Source of the DNA: an uncultured Gammaproteobacteria bacterium
GTDB lineage: Bacteria; Patescibacteriota; Microgenomatia; UBA8517
Direction: 5' to 3'
NCBI GenBank assembly: GCA_964494885.1
Contig: CAZBTH010000001.1
Coordinates: 46,319 to 110,318 of the forward strand
Length of the DNA stretch: 64,000 bases
Below are positions 35,372-45,596 of the stretch, one piece after another. A program made the translations under genes and the position numbers. Below the pieces are notes generated by a model that was given only the letters and a program-made list of their open reading frames with translations, had not been told where the DNA came from and made no database searches. Every line of letters starts with the position of its first letter. Within the stretch, counting starts at the first letter, position 1.

Positions 35372-37219
35372 ATGTTGAAGAAGATTTCTTTTCGAATTAC
35401 AGTTTTGGTAATTGTATTGCCGTGCTTATTTGCCTCGGCCGTAACTATTATCAAAGCTTCTTCGCAAATATGGAGTCTTCAATCAACTTCTGATTGTTCA
35501 GGCTATGGCGGTAATGGTGAAACCTTCGATAATCTTTGCTATAACCAAAACGGCGTCAACAGCACTATACCTTGGATTCACAGTAGCGATCCTGCAATAC
35601 ATTTTGATGTAATAGTTGGTCACACGTACGAATTTAGCGAAACTACAAATTTTATAGGTGTAGGTGGCGATTTTATTGCCAATTTTTTAACCGACGGACA
35701 GGGTAAAGATTATGGATCCGGTGACGATTGGATATGTCCCACAGCAAAATGTTCACATGGTGGTTGGGCCAAAACTTTTACAGCAACCAGTAAAGATCTG
35801 TATTTTGCACAAGGTTCTGGCTGTTCTTCCTCTACAAGCTGTTATACCACCAATTTACTGCTAAATGATTTAAGTATTGCTGATTCACCCACCCCTACAC
35901 CAACTCCCACAGAAACACCCACCCCAACTCCATCACCAACCTCAACCCCCACTCCTTCTCCAACTCCGTCACCCCTACCCGTTACTAAAACAGTTTTTGT
36001 TCCTGGTTTTGGTGGAAGCTGGGACACATCTTCAATATTAAGTTGTCAGTATGATCCAAATGCTACGTGGGGTTTGGCGCCATTTGCAGAAAGTGTTTAT
36101 AATCCCCTCTTAACCACACTTGTACCATCTGACTGGAGTGTAATTCCCTTTTATTACGATTGGAGACAACCGGTTACCCAAAATGGAACATTACTAAAAC
36201 AAAAAGTAGACTCTTTAAATGAAAAGGTTAATCTTGTAGGACATAGTATGGGTGGTCTTGTTGGTAGAGCATATTTGGAGGAAGAATTCGATTCAAATAA
36301 AATTAGCAGCTTCTTAACCGTCGGCTCACCTCACAGAGGAGTTGCAATAGCCTATCCCGCTTGGGGAGGCGGTGAAATTTGGACTGATAATTTTCTGGCA
36401 AAAATTGCCACAACTCTTTACCTTAAGCTTTGCGGTCAAAAAGGTCCACTTTCCAACAACCGCGAAACTCTACAAAACATTTTTCCATCATTTCGTGACT
36501 TATTGCCTATTGATCCGTATTTAGTAAGTACTAGAAATTTTTCTCCTCCAAACATAAATGATGTTGACATGAACGCCAAAAACGTATGGCTGGTTGGAGA
36601 CACCAAATGGCCAATTTCGAATATCAAATTAGGCTCTTTATCCGGATCGGGATTTGCAACTCTACAAAACATCCCAGTCAAAGAACCGTCAAACCGTGAT
36701 ATCTCCTTGGGAAACTGGACTGATGGCAAGCCAGCAGGAAAAATTTACTCAACCAGCGGCGACGGAACAGTTCTCACCTCAAGCAGCGATATTAATGACC
36801 CAGCAGTTGAATTCCATCCAATAATTTCGCAAACGCACTCAGGCCTTGTGGCAAGTAATAATGGTTTAAATCAAATTCGTGAGTTTTTAGGTTTATCGCA
36901 AATTGTGGCAACAAGCTCAACTTTTTCTGAACCAACTTCTGCCTTAATATTAATCGGTTATCCGGCCAAGTTTTGGATAGCTGACCAAAAAGGAAATATT
37001 GTAAAAGATAAAAATGGCATGGTTGCTATTATGAATCCTAAATCGGGTATTTTCAAAATTAGTCTCTCACCAAAAAGTGGCAACACCAGGTTTATAATTG
37101 CTCAATTTTTAGCTAACGGGGATGTAAAATATAAAGAATATAGTTTCAAAGGTTTTGCCAATCAATTCAAAACTCTAAAATTTGATATCAATAACCCCCA
37201 AGAAGATATCCTCAACTAA
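35372..37219 (+). CDS. Secreted alpha/beta-hydrolase (lipase/acyltransferase-like) with Cys-rich N-domain and PT linker
   Basis: Signal peptide, (PT)n linker, VPGFGGS, YDWR, GHSMGGL, GSPHRG, GDGTV. Confidence 0.85.
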   Translation: MLKKISFRITVLVIVLPCLFASAVTIIKASSQIWSLQSTSDCSGYGGNGETFDNLCYNQNGVNSTIPWIHSSDPAIHFDVIVGHTYEFSETTNFIGVGGDFIANFLTDGQGKDYGSGDDWICPTAKCSHGGWAKTFTATSKDLYFAQGSGCSSSTSCYTTNLLLNDLSIADSPTPTPTPTETPTPTPSPTSTPTPSPTPSPLPVTKTVFVPGFGGSWDTSSILSCQYDPNATWGLAPFAESVYNPLLTTLVPSDWSVIPFYYDWRQPVTQNGTLLKQKVDSLNEKVNLVGHSMGGLVGRAYLEEEFDSNKISSFLTVGSPHRGVAIAYPAWGGGEIWTDNFLAKIATTLYLKLCGQKGPLSNNRETLQNIFPSFRDLLPIDPYLVSTRNFSPPNINDVDMNAKNVWLVGDTKWPISNIKLGSLSGSGFATLQNIPVKEPSNRDISLGNWTDGKPAGKIYSTSGDGTVLTSSSDINDPAVEFHPIISQTHSGLVASNNGLNQIREFLGLSQIVATSSTFSEPTSALILIGYPAKFWIADQKGNIVKDKNGMVAIMNPKSGIFKISLSPKSGNTRFIIAQFLANGDVKYKEYSFKGFANQFKTLKFDINNPQEDILN

Positions 37220-37882
37220 CTAAAAAGTGGGTTTAAAACGCGTTTTTACAAATACAAAAAGTTTGTAGATTATAATCAGCCCAATTATTGCGAGGGCCGG
37301 ACCATGGAAAAATGAAAAAGGAGGGGTCCCTATATCGCTTCCTAAACCAATCGAATGTATACCTATAAATACAAATACCAAATAATTGAGGATGTGGAAT
37401 TTTTTCCAATTGGCCCTCATATAAGGGGTGGCCATGCGAAGTAGTCCGGCCCATACAGCAATATTTAAAAGCCAAAAAGAGATCCTACCCAATGTTTGAT
37501 AAAAATCAATTCTGGTCGGACACAGAACGCAGAAATATATAAAAACAGTAAAAGGGTCCAATCCCCGTTGCGAAAAATAATTGAATAGCATAAAACTAAG
37601 CGGGTGAAGAATAATAAGAATGTATACCAAAACTCCTTCGATAATATGGAACCTGAATATCCAACCCCCGAGTTTGTTGGTCCACTTTTCCATAAATGCA
37701 CCAAGAACAATCTGGAAAAATAGCAAGGTAAATGCCGTAAGCCCCAAAAGTCTTTGAACAAAATTTGCGATTGTGGAATAGTTTGTTAACGCACGGGATA
37801 ATGGAGTATTGGACAATATTGAAATGGGAGCCAAACTCAGCACCCCTAGCCAAACAAGAAAAAAAATAATTTTGTTTTTCAT
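37220..37882 (-). CDS. Ferric reductase-like transmembrane protein
   Basis: Multi-TM with His pairs (FH..LH; WKKFH..IH). Confidence 0.75.
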   Translation of the reverse strand: MKNKIIFFLVWLGVLSLAPISILSNTPLSRALTNYSTIANFVQRLLGLTAFTLLFFQIVLGAFMEKWTNKLGGWIFRFHIIEGVLVYILIILHPLSFMLFNYFSQRGLDPFTVFIYFCVLCPTRIDFYQTLGRISFWLLNIAVWAGLLRMATPYMRANWKKFHILNYLVFVFIGIHSIGLGSDIGTPPFSFFHGPALAIIGLIIIYKLFVFVKTRFKPTF

Positions 37883-37888
37883 CTAATG

Positions 37889-37960
37889 TGGACGACGTTG
37901 GAATCGGACCAACGACCTTTCGAATGTGAGTCGAATGTTCTGCCACTGAACTAGTCGTCC
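37889..37960 (-). tRNA. tRNA-Val(CAC)
   Basis: GGACGAC/GTCGTCC with A73, TTCGA-CTCACAT-TCGAA; T-loop TCCGATT. Confidence 0.9.
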
Positions 37961-38034
37961 TTCTCGATCTATTTTAGCATGGCAAGCCCTGCTTATCATC
38001 TTGACAAGATAAAAACGAATTAGTAAAAAGGTGT

Positions 38035-38616
38035 ATGGCACTCCCCGAAGTTCTTTCAGAAAGCGAAGTACCTTATGTCCCCTTCTCTGAAAACCCCAAA
38101 ATTATTACTGTGGGAGATTTTAAAGTCTTCGAATATGTTAGCCCCACCGAAATGGCAAAATATATCAATTTGCTGTCCAATAAGGTCAAACTTGACACCT
38201 TTGATGCTGTTCTGGTGAACATGAATGGCGGAATGTTTCTGTTTGATTGTCTTTCGCGTTTACAAGGGTACACCAAAGATCCTGTAAAAATTGAGTATCA
38301 CCGGCCCGAAAGGGCATATGGCGCAACGATTATATCCCCGGTTCCACCTGAACTTAGACACCTAAAACTTTTAGGAGTAGATGATATTTACGACAGTGGT
38401 GGAGTTTTCCGTGCCATTATGGCCGATTCCGGCCCATTGTCGGAAGCTGTGGCTCTCGTCACAAAAAAGGGTATTCCAAACCAGATACAAATTCCAAACA
38501 TTACCATCGGATTAAAAATTGATGATCGCTGGGTCGGTGGTTGCGGCATGAATCTTGGTGCCCCCGGTGAAGAAAATATCTTTAGAAACTACCCAGGACT
38601 AGTAGTAAAAATTTAA
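38035..38616 (+). CDS. Type I phosphoribosyltransferase, HPRT-like
   Basis: PRPP motif VDDIYDSG, MNGG, WVGGCGMN. Confidence 0.8.
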   Translation: MALPEVLSESEVPYVPFSENPKIITVGDFKVFEYVSPTEMAKYINLLSNKVKLDTFDAVLVNMNGGMFLFDCLSRLQGYTKDPVKIEYHRPERAYGATIISPVPPELRHLKLLGVDDIYDSGGVFRAIMADSGPLSEAVALVTKKGIPNQIQIPNITIGLKIDDRWVGGCGMNLGAPGEENIFRNYPGLVVKI

Positions 38617-38673
38617 ATAATTTTACTAGTACTTGTGTTTACTCCTTAACCCCAAATATAATGAAGGTTATAT

Positions 38674-39225
38674 ATGTTTGGTAAAATTGGCGCGTTTTTT
38701 TTGGATATATTGGAAGTAATAGTTTTTGCGATCGGCATCTTCTTTTTTGTCTATCTTCTTATTATGCGTCCCCATAAAATTAAAGGACAATCTATGCATC
38801 CCAATTTTCCGGACGGTGAATACTTATTAACCGAAAAAGTAACCTACTATACCAGAAGCCCCAAGAGAGGAGATGTCGTAGTTTTTACCCCACCCGTCTC
38901 GGAAACAGACGAATTTATTAAAAGAGTTATAGGGCTTCCCGGAGAGCGTGTAATGATTCAAGACAGTCGTGTCTACATCGACGACAAACTACTTAACGAA
39001 CCATATCTTGCAAGCAATATTTATACAGAAAATGAGGGGTTTTTAAAGGATGGGGAAAATTATACAATTCCTGAAGGCCAATATTTTGTTATGGGAGACA
39101 ACAGACCCCACTCCTCCGATTCCCGTGCTTGGGGTCCCATTACTAAAAAGTCAATTAGCGGTAGAGCCTGGATAATTTATTGGCCTCTAGATCTTTCGGG
39201 AGTCGTAAAAATACCGACGTATTAA
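38674..39225 (+). CDS. lepB: Signal peptidase I
   Basis: G.SMHP, FIKRVIGLPG, GDNRPHSSDSR. Confidence 0.95.
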   Translation: MFGKIGAFFLDILEVIVFAIGIFFFVYLLIMRPHKIKGQSMHPNFPDGEYLLTEKVTYYTRSPKRGDVVVFTPPVSETDEFIKRVIGLPGERVMIQDSRVYIDDKLLNEPYLASNIYTENEGFLKDGENYTIPEGQYFVMGDNRPHSSDSRAWGPITKKSISGRAWIIYWPLDLSGVVKIPTY

Positions 39226-40061
39226 GAAGTAATTGCTTTATAAACTCTTTGGAGTCTTTCTTCGGTTTCTTCCAGTCCACCTTTAAAAGTAAAGTTAACT
39301 TTTGTCTCTCTTTGGGATCTTATTAGCTTAACTGCTGTCTTTTTGGCAAGTTCGGAATCACCATTGATTTGAAATGCTTTTTGCAAATCTTCCTGCATTC
39401 TGTCTATCTCCTCAGAGACAATTCTAACGTGCTGACTTGATCTTGGCGCTTCCTGTTGAGACTTGGCCTTCATACGTCTTGCAAGCTCCTCTGCGCGACG
39501 CACACTGCCGCTCTCTCTTAACACTATCTTGTAAGCCTCTATCATGAGGTTTGGATCGTCTATAGCCGCCAAAGCCCTTGCATGACCTTCCGTAATAAGC
39601 CCCGACAAAAGTCCGTCTTTAAGTGCATCCGGAAGAGAAAGCAATCTTAAGGAGTTACTTACATAAGCAACAGATTTACCGATTCTAACCGCAATCTCAC
39701 TTGTAGTTAAATTGAACTCATTCATAAGGCGTTCAAAGCCTTTGGCGCGGTCCAACGGATTAAGGTCTACTCTTTGAACATTCTCAACAAGCGCCATTTC
39801 GAGCATTCCTTTGGGGGAGGTTTCACGAACAATGACAGGCACATGAGTCAAACCCGCAAGTTTAGAAGCTCTCCATCTACGCTCCCCTGCAATTATTTGA
39901 AAACCGGCCGGAGTCTTGGCAACTACCAAAGGTTCCAATATTCCATGTTCACGGATGGAATCAACTAGGTCTACTAAACTTTCAGGAGTGATTGCACCAC
40001 GAGGTTGAAGAGGGTTTGGCTGTAACTGTGTAACTTCAATTTGTACTATTTCTTCTGCCAT
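39222..40061 (-). CDS. parB: ParB/Spo0J partition protein
   Basis: PNPLQPR, IIAGERRWRA, ENVQRVDL, GHARAL. Confidence 0.95.
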   Translation of the reverse strand: MAEEIVQIEVTQLQPNPLQPRGAITPESLVDLVDSIREHGILEPLVVAKTPAGFQIIAGERRWRASKLAGLTHVPVIVRETSPKGMLEMALVENVQRVDLNPLDRAKGFERLMNEFNLTTSEIAVRIGKSVAYVSNSLRLLSLPDALKDGLLSGLITEGHARALAAIDDPNLMIEAYKIVLRESGSVRRAEELARRMKAKSQQEAPRSSQHVRIVSEEIDRMQEDLQKAFQINGDSELAKKTAVKLIRSQRETKVNFTFKGGLEETEERLQRVYKAITS

Positions 40062-40083
40062 AATATTTTTAAGACACTAGTGA

Positions 40084-40341
40084 CTAGGCACTAGCAACTA
40101 CACTAACAACTCTTTTACCCAGCTTCTTAGTAAATTTAACAATGCCGTCGGCAACTGAGTATAAAGTATGATCACGGCCTAACTTTGCTCCGGCTCCTTT
40201 ACCAAAAGTGGTACCGCGTTGACGGACTAAAATTTGCCCCCTGCCCACTTTTTCGCCACCTGAAACTTTTACACCCAATCTTTTACCTGCCGGGCTAACA
40301 TGTTGTGAAGCTTTTCCACCCGCTGCTTTATGTGTTGACAT
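40084..40341 (-). CDS. rpmA: 50S ribosomal protein L27
   Basis: MSTHKAAG..GKRLGVK..ILVRQRGT..GRDHTL. Confidence 0.95.
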   Translation of the reverse strand: MSTHKAAGGKASQHVSPAGKRLGVKVSGGEKVGRGQILVRQRGTTFGKGAGAKLGRDHTLYSVADGIVKFTKKLGKRVVSVVASA

Positions 40342-40503
40342 CCTTCGCACAATATAAATGATGTTTTCACAGTTGTCAAGAGGGTTGGTAAGATGTATTA
40401 AATCATATTTCGTTCTTGACAAAAGAATAATATAGGCTATAATTCTGGCCTAATACGCATCGTGCGTAAATTCCTGAGTTTGCACATAAAAAAGGAGAAT
40501 AAG

Positions 40504-41046
40504 ATGCTCGATTTAAGCAATTTGACCGGTGCTAACGGCACCAAGTTCGTGATTCATCTGGAAAACCAGGCAGATCTGGCAAAGATTGAGCACCAATTCC
40601 ATGACAATGCCTCGCTTTTGGCTTTCGTCCAGGATGGTGCGGATTTTGATCTCGGCGGTTCCAACCTCGGCCCGGACAAGATCGTGCACGCCATGTTCGC
40701 TAAAAATCGGCGCGTGACCTACCTGACCGAAGAGAAGTACGTTGAATGGGCGAAAACCGGCGATTGGCAAAATGTCGACCCCGATGGCGACAATGAACCC
40801 GAAGCGAGCCTTAATGATGTCCTGTCAATGCTCCTCGGCGGTGGCAGTCATTCGAATTTCACGGGTCCGACCGATGATCAAATCGCGAAATACGCCAGCA
40901 ACCCGACTGCTCAGATGATCAGTGGCGAGGACGCAAACTGCTCTTTTTGCCTTCGGCCTACTGGTGGCTGCATCGGTCGTGACGCTTCGTTCGACGAAGC
41001 CGCTTTCGACGCAGAAATTCTCACGCGCAAGGCTGCATTGAACTAA
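40504..41046 (+). CDS. Hypothetical protein, GC-richer than its flanks, with a C-terminal CxxC..C motif
   Basis: AAGGAG SD before MLD; open frame; downstream hairpin at 41073-41126. Confidence 0.7.
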   Translation: MLDLSNLTGANGTKFVIHLENQADLAKIEHQFHDNASLLAFVQDGADFDLGGSNLGPDKIVHAMFAKNRRVTYLTEEKYVEWAKTGDWQNVDPDGDNEPEASLNDVLSMLLGGGSHSNFTGPTDDQIAKYASNPTAQMISGEDANCSFCLRPTGGCIGRDASFDEAAFDAEILTRKAALN

Positions 41047-41134
41047 CGAATTACTTCTTTTATTGTTATTCCGCGGCTGGAACCAAAGTGAATGTTCACA
41101 AACATTTACCCAAAAGTTCCAGCCGCAAGATTTT

Positions 41135-41443
41135 TCAGGAAATTTTCTCCACCAGAAGTCTTGCATATTGAGGTCTAAATCCTGTATGCTTCCTGTAGCG
41201 TGATTTTGCTTTAAATTTATAGATCTCGATTTTTTCTCCTTTTTCCAGCTCTGTTACAACCTTTAAGGCTACTTTTACATCTTTGAGGACCGGCTTACCC
41301 ACTTTTACCTTTTCCCCGTCCACGAACATAAGTACTTCAGTTTCAAAACCCTTAATATCGATAAGTTTGTCCACCAAAAGCTCTTTGCCTTCCTCGACCT
41401 TATATTGCCTGCCGCCAATCCTGACTACCGCATATTTATTCAT
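41135..41443 (-). CDS. rplU: 50S ribosomal protein L21
   Basis: YAVVRIGGRQYKV, KVGKP, YRKHTGFRP. Confidence 0.95.
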   Translation of the reverse strand: MNKYAVVRIGGRQYKVEEGKELLVDKLIDIKGFETEVLMFVDGEKVKVGKPVLKDVKVALKVVTELEKGEKIEIYKFKAKSRYRKHTGFRPQYARLLVEKIS

Positions 41444-41456
41444 AATAACTGGTATT

Positions 41457-42518
41457 TTAGCGTTTATAAGACGAACTGGCAATCCCCAAGCCTATCATTG
41501 TGGCCAAAAGTGAAGATCCGCCGGCTGAAACCAAGGGAAAAGGCAGCCCCGTAACCGGTAATAGACCAATATTCATGCCTATGTGAATAAATATTTGGAG
41601 TAAATATGTCAGGAAAAAACCGGAAAGATAGGCACGGGCAGCAGAACTTACGGCTTTTTCCATATAAATAGTCAAGCGGTAAAGGATAATAAAACTGGCA
41701 ATTATAGACATTAGAGCCCCGACAAAACCCAGCTCTTCAGAAATTGCCGAAAAAACAAAGTCTGTTTGTTTTTCAGGCAAAAAAGACAACTGTGTCTGAA
41801 TTCCCCGCCCCAACCCCAATCCTGTAATTTTTCCTGACCCCGCCGCAATCGTCGATTGCAAACTGTTATAACCAGCACCGAGTGGATCAGACGACGGCGT
41901 GATAAACGTAGTGAGACGCAGTCGTTGATAAGGCGCCATTATCAACCAAAATATAGGAGAAACAACCAACAAGGCAACAAGACCAAAAAAAATATATCTC
42001 TTATCAATCTTTGAAGAAACCAAAACACCCAAAAATCCCACCAAGGTTAGAACCGACACTCCAAGGGAGGGTTGGATAAAAATAAGAAAAACCGGAAGTA
42101 GAGCCAATGCGAATGTTTTTACTATTTTAACAGAATCCAACGTACCGTAAGTAAGATAGTTGGCAAAAAAAATCAGAAGAAACGGACGTACGATTTCTGC
42201 CGGCTGAAGACTGATCGGACCAATTGGTATCCAGCGAATTGTTCCTCTTGTAACGCTACCGATTATAAGAGTTGCCAAAAGAAGGATAATTGAAAAAATA
42301 TATAAATGCTTAGAAAAAAGAGATACGATATCGAAATCTAATTGGGAAAAAAGAAAAAAAGCGCCAACTCCGATGAAAACACTTAGGAAATACAACGGAA
42401 ATATCGATGGGGCTACCGACTTTAAAACAATCACACTTAATATAAGCAAAAATATTATGGAAAACGTAAAACTAATATCTTTGGTCAAAAATCCAAATAT
42501 CAGGTTTTGTCTTTTCAC
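41457..42518 (-). CDS. rodA: Rod shape-determining SEDS protein RodA
   Basis: RWI..SLQPAE, QP.LG, DPLGAGYN..QS, LPEKQTDF, EELGF. Confidence 0.88.
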   Translation of the reverse strand: MKRQNLIFGFLTKDISFTFSIIFLLILSVIVLKSVAPSIFPLYFLSVFIGVGAFFLFSQLDFDIVSLFSKHLYIFSIILLLATLIIGSVTRGTIRWIPIGPISLQPAEIVRPFLLIFFANYLTYGTLDSVKIVKTFALALLPVFLIFIQPSLGVSVLTLVGFLGVLVSSKIDKRYIFFGLVALLVVSPIFWLIMAPYQRLRLTTFITPSSDPLGAGYNSLQSTIAAGSGKITGLGLGRGIQTQLSFLPEKQTDFVFSAISEELGFVGALMSIIASFIILYRLTIYMEKAVSSAARAYLSGFFLTYLLQIFIHIGMNIGLLPVTGLPFPLVSAGGSSLLATMIGLGIASSSYKR

Positions 42519-45500
42519 TTTGAAGCTTTAGAAACTTTAAATTTACCTACACTAAGACTATTTATTTGCGCTTTTTTAGTCATCCATTGAACAAGTTTTT
42601 TGTCCAATGGAATCGCCTCTAATTGAACATTAACCTTCTGAGTAAGATTTAAACCCAATAATTTTCTTTCTTCCTGAATTTTGCGTGCCAAGTCCCGGAT
42701 TCCAGCCTCTTCGGAAAGTTCCGCTGTAATTTTTAAATCAAACTCATTTTCTTTTGATCCCCAAATTAGTTTCTTTACATTGATTTCATCTTTTATTAAA
42801 TATTCCAGATTTTTAGAAATCGGCTGAAGTGTTATCGAGTAAGAATTGAGAGGCTGTTTAACACCTATCCCCTTTTCTTTTCGTATAGAATGCGCTGTTT
42901 CTACAATCTCGCGTACTATTTTCATTTCCTCCAATAGTTTGTGACTTGTTTTTTGAGATTTGATATTTACATTTGGCCAATCACTCAAATGTACAGACTC
43001 CTCTTTAGTTAAGTTCATAAACAACGTTTCAGATATGAAAGGTATAAACGGAGCAAGAAGACGGGACAAAGTATGTAGTATGTAGTATGTAGTCTGATAA
43101 AAAGCACTCCTATCATTCTCGGACTCTGCGGCAGGGCCTACTCTATCACGGGACCTTCTTATATACCAAAGACTTAAATCATCAACAAATTTCTCAATTT
43201 CGCCGGCTCCTGTGTAAGCGTCGTATTTTTCAAGATCATTTGTAACTGTCTGAATTACCTGATTCAGTCTCGCCAATATCCATTTGTCCAAAACGTTAGT
43301 GCTGTGTACTGAGTACTTTGTACTCTGTACTGGACGCCAAGCGTCCAAATTTGCATAAGTCACAAAGAAGTTGTAAACGTTCCAAATCTTTAAGTGAAAT
43401 CTCCTTCTGACTTCATCTGCAACTTTATATCCGAACAATAAATTCTCCGCCGGATTCTGACGCACAAACATCCACCTCATTACATCCACCCCCATCTGGT
43501 CAGCCCCCTGAGTAAATTCAATCATGTTCCCGGAACTTTTATGCATGGCGTTCCCCTTCTCGTCGAATAGTGTGGCATACCCTAGAACAGTTTTAAAAGG
43601 CTCAGCGTCTTCCATAACAGTACTCATGGCAATGAGCGAGTAAAACCAGTTCTTAAATTGTCCCGGAAAACTCTCAGTAATAAAATCAGCCGGGAACCAT
43701 TTCTCCCATTTAGATATATCTGCTAAATATAAAGGTTTGGTTTTTGTCACTTCAAAGTTGGCAGCTTTGTTGTTTTCGCTGATTGTTGAATACGGAATTA
43801 TCCCGGCGTCCAGCCAAGGGTTGCCAACCGGCTCGATTCTACTCATAACACTTCCACACTTGCCGCACTTGATTTTAACCTCGTCTATCTGGGGTTTATG
43901 AGGGGTCTTCCCATCAAATTTTTCCCATCCGATAACAGCAAGCTCTTTAAGTTCCTCTTTCGAACCGACGACCTCAAAATTCCCGCATTTTTTACATTCC
44001 CAGATGGGAAGAGCGAGACCCCAATATCTATTTTTTTTGCTTATAAGCCAGTCATGCATGTTGGACAGCCAATCCATCTCACGATCAAGCCCAAACCCGG
44101 GAATCCAATTAATCTTCCCTGTAACATTTTTCATCTGTTCCCTTAGTGTTCTAGTGTCGAGTTTTTGTGGCCTTTCTTCTTCCTTTTCGTTCCACTCAGA
44201 AATTTTTAATTTTTCATTTTTAATTTTTAATTTTGATGGAGCATCCATCGCTATGTACCATTCGTCAGTTACTTTCCAAACGAGTTCTGTTTTGCATCTC
44301 CAACAAGCGGGGTATCTATGGGTATATCTCTCAGTTTTAAAAAGAAAATGATTTCCTTCTTTATCCAGGTTGCGTAGATAATCTAAAATTATTTCCGGAT
44401 GTTTTTTAGCGTTTAGACCCGAAAATTCTCCCAGTCCTTCCACATAGGACGCATCATCGTTGATCACCGGAATCATCGGCAAACCAAGTTTTTTACCAAG
44501 TTTAAAATCCTCACTTCCCGCCGAAACTGCAGTGTGCACAAGCCCGGTTCCTTCGTCGACTGAAATCGGTAGAATCAGGTTATCAGTGGCAACGACATTG
44601 TGAAACTTGGCATCGTTTTTTGATGAAGCCGTAACCACTCCCGGCAAATTATCAAAAGCACCTTTGTACCTTAAGCCAACTAATTTTGCACCTTTAGTGG
44701 TTTTTATAACCTTGTAGTTTTCACCCGCAAGTACCCGGGAAACAGCGTCCTTGGCCAGCCAGTATTTTCGCGTCTTGACCTCAACAAGTGAATACTCCAG
44801 TTTTTCATCAACCGCTATAGCAATATTGGCCGGAATTGTCCAAGGGGTTGTTGTCCAAACCATAAAATACTCATCGATAACCCCAACCACCGGAAATGCC
44901 AAATACACTGATTCGTGTGTGATTTCTTTATAATCTTCGGTCAGCATTTCGTGTTGAGAAATAGCTGTTTCGCATCTTGGGCACCAAGGAACAGAATCGT
45001 TCCCTTTGTAAATCCAGCCGTTATCATAACATTTCTTCAAAAAATCCCAGATCATGTAATTGTTGTCATCACTTAATGTGTAATACGAGTTATCCCAATC
45101 CATGAAGTAACCCAAGCGCTTGCTTTGTTCAGTTTGAATACCAGAATATTTCTTCACCCTGTCGCGGCAAAGCTGAACGAATTTTGCAACACCGAAAGTT
45201 TCTATATCTTTTTTACTTTTAAACCCGAGTTCCTTTTCAACTTCCACTTCTACCCACAGACCCTGAGCATCAAAACCGTTTTGAAATCGTTGATTAAATC
45301 CCTGCATGTTTTTAAACCTGCGCCACAAATCTTTATACGTTCGCCCCCAGGCATGGTGTACCCCCATAGGGTTATTGGCGGTAATCGGGCCATCCAGGAA
45401 AGAAAAATGCTTTGTGGATTTTGAATTTTTTTGAAGATATTTCTTTACAATGCCTTTTTTTGCCCAAACCTCAAGAAGCCTATTTTCCATTTTAGGAAAA

Positions 45501-45547
45501 TCGACTTTCAGGTCAACAGGCTCAAAATAGGGCTTTCGGGTAGACAC
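42515..45547 (-). CDS. ileS: Isoleucine-tRNA ligase, type 2, with GVHH/AMHKS motifs
   Basis: DGPITAN, WTTTPWT, GTGLVH, RYPACWRC, RYWG, WYIRRSR. Confidence 0.95.
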   Translation of the reverse strand: MSTRKPYFEPVDLKVDFPKMENRLLEVWAKKGIVKKYLQKNSKSTKHFSFLDGPITANNPMGVHHAWGRTYKDLWRRFKNMQGFNQRFQNGFDAQGLWVEVEVEKELGFKSKKDIETFGVAKFVQLCRDRVKKYSGIQTEQSKRLGYFMDWDNSYYTLSDDNNYMIWDFLKKCYDNGWIYKGNDSVPWCPRCETAISQHEMLTEDYKEITHESVYLAFPVVGVIDEYFMVWTTTPWTIPANIAIAVDEKLEYSLVEVKTRKYWLAKDAVSRVLAGENYKVIKTTKGAKLVGLRYKGAFDNLPGVVTASSKNDAKFHNVVATDNLILPISVDEGTGLVHTAVSAGSEDFKLGKKLGLPMIPVINDDASYVEGLGEFSGLNAKKHPEIILDYLRNLDKEGNHFLFKTERYTHRYPACWRCKTELVWKVTDEWYIAMDAPSKLKIKNEKLKISEWNEKEEERPQKLDTRTLREQMKNVTGKINWIPGFGLDREMDWLSNMHDWLISKKNRYWGLALPIWECKKCGNFEVVGSKEELKELAVIGWEKFDGKTPHKPQIDEVKIKCGKCGSVMSRIEPVGNPWLDAGIIPYSTISENNKAANFEVTKTKPLYLADISKWEKWFPADFITESFPGQFKNWFYSLIAMSTVMEDAEPFKTVLGYATLFDEKGNAMHKSSGNMIEFTQGADQMGVDVMRWMFVRQNPAENLLFGYKVADEVRRRFHLKIWNVYNFFVTYANLDAWRPVQSTKYSVHSTNVLDKWILARLNQVIQTVTNDLEKYDAYTGAGEIEKFVDDLSLWYIRRSRDRVGPAAESENDRSAFYQTTYYILHTLSRLLAPFIPFISETLFMNLTKEESVHLSDWPNVNIKSQKTSHKLLEEMKIVREIVETAHSIRKEKGIGVKQPLNSYSITLQPISKNLEYLIKDEINVKKLIWGSKENEFDLKITAELSEEAGIRDLARKIQEERKLLGLNLTQKVNVQLEAIPLDKKLVQWMTKKAQINSLSVGKFKVSKASK

Positions 45548-45596
45548 TATGGAGCTATTTTACTATTTCACCCGAAGGCATTCAAGGCGGGTTTGG

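Noticed and set aside
35886-35978. Tandem CCnACn repeats
   Set aside because: Ordinary Pro/Thr linker coding, not a DNA element.
39222-40083. parS site near parB
   Set aside because: No convincing TGTTTCACGTGAAACA-like palindrome found.
41040-41126. Integron attC site after the orphan gene
   Set aside because: No matching RYYYAAC/GTTRRRY core pair and no integrase; better read as a terminator-like hairpin.
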